Source: Thiotrichaceae bacterium UBA4486 (GTDB lineage: Bacteria > Pseudomonadota > Gammaproteobacteria > Eutrophobiales > Eutrophobiaceae). Taken from it: a stretch of DNA of 64,000 nt. Under the pieces are notes generated by a model. The model was not told where the DNA came from. It saw only the letters and a list, made by a program, of their open reading frames with translations, and ran no database searches. Shown piece after piece: positions 62,444 to 64,000 of the stretch. Location: the NCBI GenBank assembly GCA_002389045.1, contig DGNS01000015.1, positions 376,894-440,893 of the forward strand, given 5' to 3'. Both the position numbers and the translations under genes were made by a program. Within the stretch, counting starts at the first letter, position 1. Each line of letters starts with the position of its first letter.

Positions 62444-64000
62444 TTACTCGACGGTGACCCGGTTGACTTCGGTCAGACTGGTGATGCCCGCCCTGACTTT
62501 GGCCAGGCCGGATTTACGGATGTCCCAGATCCCCTCGGAGGCGGCCTGGTCAGCCAGCTGTACGGCGTTGGCGCCCTCGATGATCAGGCGTTTGGTGGCA
62601 TCGGAAATGGGCATGACCTGGTAGATGCCGGCGCGGCCCTTGTAGCCGCTGGGGCAGTCCTCGCCGCCATCACCGGGACCGAAGACGGTAAAGCCCTCCT
62701 CGATTTCCTCCTCGGTGAAACCCTCTTCCAGAAGCGCTTCCCTGGGCATGTCGATAGGCACCTTGTAATCCGGATGCAATCTCCGGCACAACCTCTGGCC
62801 GGTGATGAGATTGATACTGGTGGCCACGGCGAAGGCCTGAATACCCATGTCCTGCAGACGTGTCAGTGTCTGCGGTGCATCGTTGGTGTGCAGTGTTGAC
62901 ATAACCATATGGCCGGTCTGCGCTGCCTTGACGGCGATGGATCCGGTTTCGACATCGCGAATCTCGCCGACCAGGATGATGTCCGGGTCCTGACGCAGGA
63001 AGGCTTTCAGCGCCTTCGGAAAAGTCATGCCGGTGCGCTCGTCGACCTGCACCTGGTTGACGCCGGGCAGGTTGATTTCCACCGGGTCTTCGGCGGTGGA
63101 AATGTTGATATCCGACTGGTTCAGGATATTAATGCCGGTATACAACGACACGGTTTTACCACTGCCCGTGGGTCCAGTGACCAGGAACATGCCATAGGGT
63201 TTGTGCAGGTTGGTGAGAAACAGTTCTTTCTGGAAATCCTCGTAGCCCAGTTGATCGATTTGCAGGGCGGCGGCATCGGAATCCAGGATACGCATCACCG
63301 TTTTTTCACCGAACAGTGTCGGGCAGGTACTGACGCGAAAGTCGATGGCCTTGGTCTTGGACAGTTTCAGTTTGATGCGGCCGTCCTGGGGTACACGGCG
63401 TTCGGATACATCGAGACGGGACATGACCTTGATACGGGCGGCGATCTTGGCGGAAAGGCTTAACGGCGGTTTGGCGACTTCTTCCAGCACACCATCGATA
63501 CGAAAACGCACCCGGTAGTATTTTTCATAGGGCTCAAAGTGCAAATCCGAGGCGCCCTTCTTGATCGAATCCAGCAACACTTTGTTGACGAAACGTACCA
63601 CCGGCGCATCGTCGACATCACCATCATCCTGTTCCTTCTCCTGATCTTCGGCCACTTCCAGATCATCAAGGTCTTCGAAGTCATCGTCATCCATGTCACC
63701 CAGGCCGCCTTCGGCTTCTTCCAGCGCCTTGTCAATAGCCTTGACCAGCTTGTCGTCCTCGACGGTAATAGCTTCCGTGGTCAGCCCCACGGCAAACTTG
63801 ATTTCGTCCAGGGCAGCCAGATTGGTCGGATCCGATAGAGCGACATAAAGGCGGTTGCCGCGCTTGAACAGGGGCAGGGCGTGATGCTTTTTGATGAGGT
63901 CATCTTTAAGCAGTTTTATGGTATCGACATCAATTTCAAATGTACTCAGATCCACCAGCGGGGCGCCGAATTCCTGTGAGGCAGCGAGGGCGATCTTGTC
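62444..64000 (-). CDS. pilB: Type IV pilus assembly ATPase PilB (GspE family). The 5' end runs off the window.
   Basis: Walker A GPTGSGKT, Asp box, His box, and a tetracysteine. The frame stays open up to the window edge, so the track ORF's GTG 'start' at 63955 is internal. Confidence 0.92.
   Translation of the reverse strand, partial: DKIALAASQEFGAPLVDLSTFEIDVDTIKLLKDDLIKKHHALPLFKRGNRLYVALSDPTNLAALDEIKFAVGLTTEAITVEDDKLVKAIDKALEEAEGGLGDMDDDDFEDLDDLEVAEDQEKEQDDGDVDDAPVVRFVNKVLLDSIKKGASDLHFEPYEKYYRVRFRIDGVLEEVAKPPLSLSAKIAARIKVMSRLDVSERRVPQDGRIKLKLSKTKAIDFRVSTCPTLFGEKTVMRILDSDAAALQIDQLGYEDFQKELFLTNLHKPYGMFLVTGPTGSGKTVSLYTGINILNQSDINISTAEDPVEINLPGVNQVQVDERTGMTFPKALKAFLRQDPDIILVGEIRDVETGSIAVKAAQTGHMVMSTLHTNDAPQTLTRLQDMGIQAFAVATSINLITGQRLCRRLHPDYKVPIDMPREALLEEGFTEEEIEEGFTVFGPGDGGEDCPSGYKGRAGIYQVMPISDATKRLIIEGANAVQLADQAASEGIWDIRKSGLAKVRAGITSLTEVNRVTVE

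Overview
High-GC (~60%) gammaproteobacterial chromosomal segment, almost entirely core housekeeping genes with Pseudomonas-like and E. coli-like synteny. Left to right: a low-GC islet at the left edge (1-900) carrying a coupled two-gene minus-strand unit. A DUF4124 secreted protein with in-frame 39-bp tandem repeats. glnA with a recognisable sigma54/NtrC promoter. A methyltransferase-lysA-lptM unit, an esterase, rhlB, trxA and rho. A translationally coupled pair of unknown proteins. groES-groEL with a sigma70 promoter and a CIRCE operator. An orphan dissimilatory-type ATP sulfurylase (sat) flanked by GTTC/GAAC palindromic repeats, which suggests a sulfur-oxidising lifestyle. A NUDIX hydrolase, tesA and ybbA-ybbP. 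An M14-peptidase/GCS2-ligase operon, a HAD hydrolase, htpX, a cupin, hemH and cspA. A four-gene tauE-CULT-yjbQ-DUF427 operon, slt, an NAD-dependent epimerase and cca. The complete dcw cluster (mraZ-rsmH-ftsL-ftsI-murE-murF-mraY-murD-ftsW-murG-murC-murB-ddl-ftsQ-ftsA-ftsZ) followed by lpxC. A DciA-like gene, an M23 peptidase, secA, argJ and a mutT-thiE fusion. Finally yacG-zapD-coaE and the type IV pilus genes pilD-pilC-pilB, with pilB running off the right edge. I found no rRNA, tRNA, CRISPR array or transposase. The candidates for something new are modest: the left-edge low-GC two-gene islet, the rho-downstream coupled pair with a heptamer-microsatellite promoter region, the tauE-CULT-yjbQ-DUF427 operon, a 25-bp motif present three times around htpX that bounds a nested-palindrome element, and the palindromic repeats flanking sat. 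All functional assignments rest on my reading of the supplied ORF translations without database searches.
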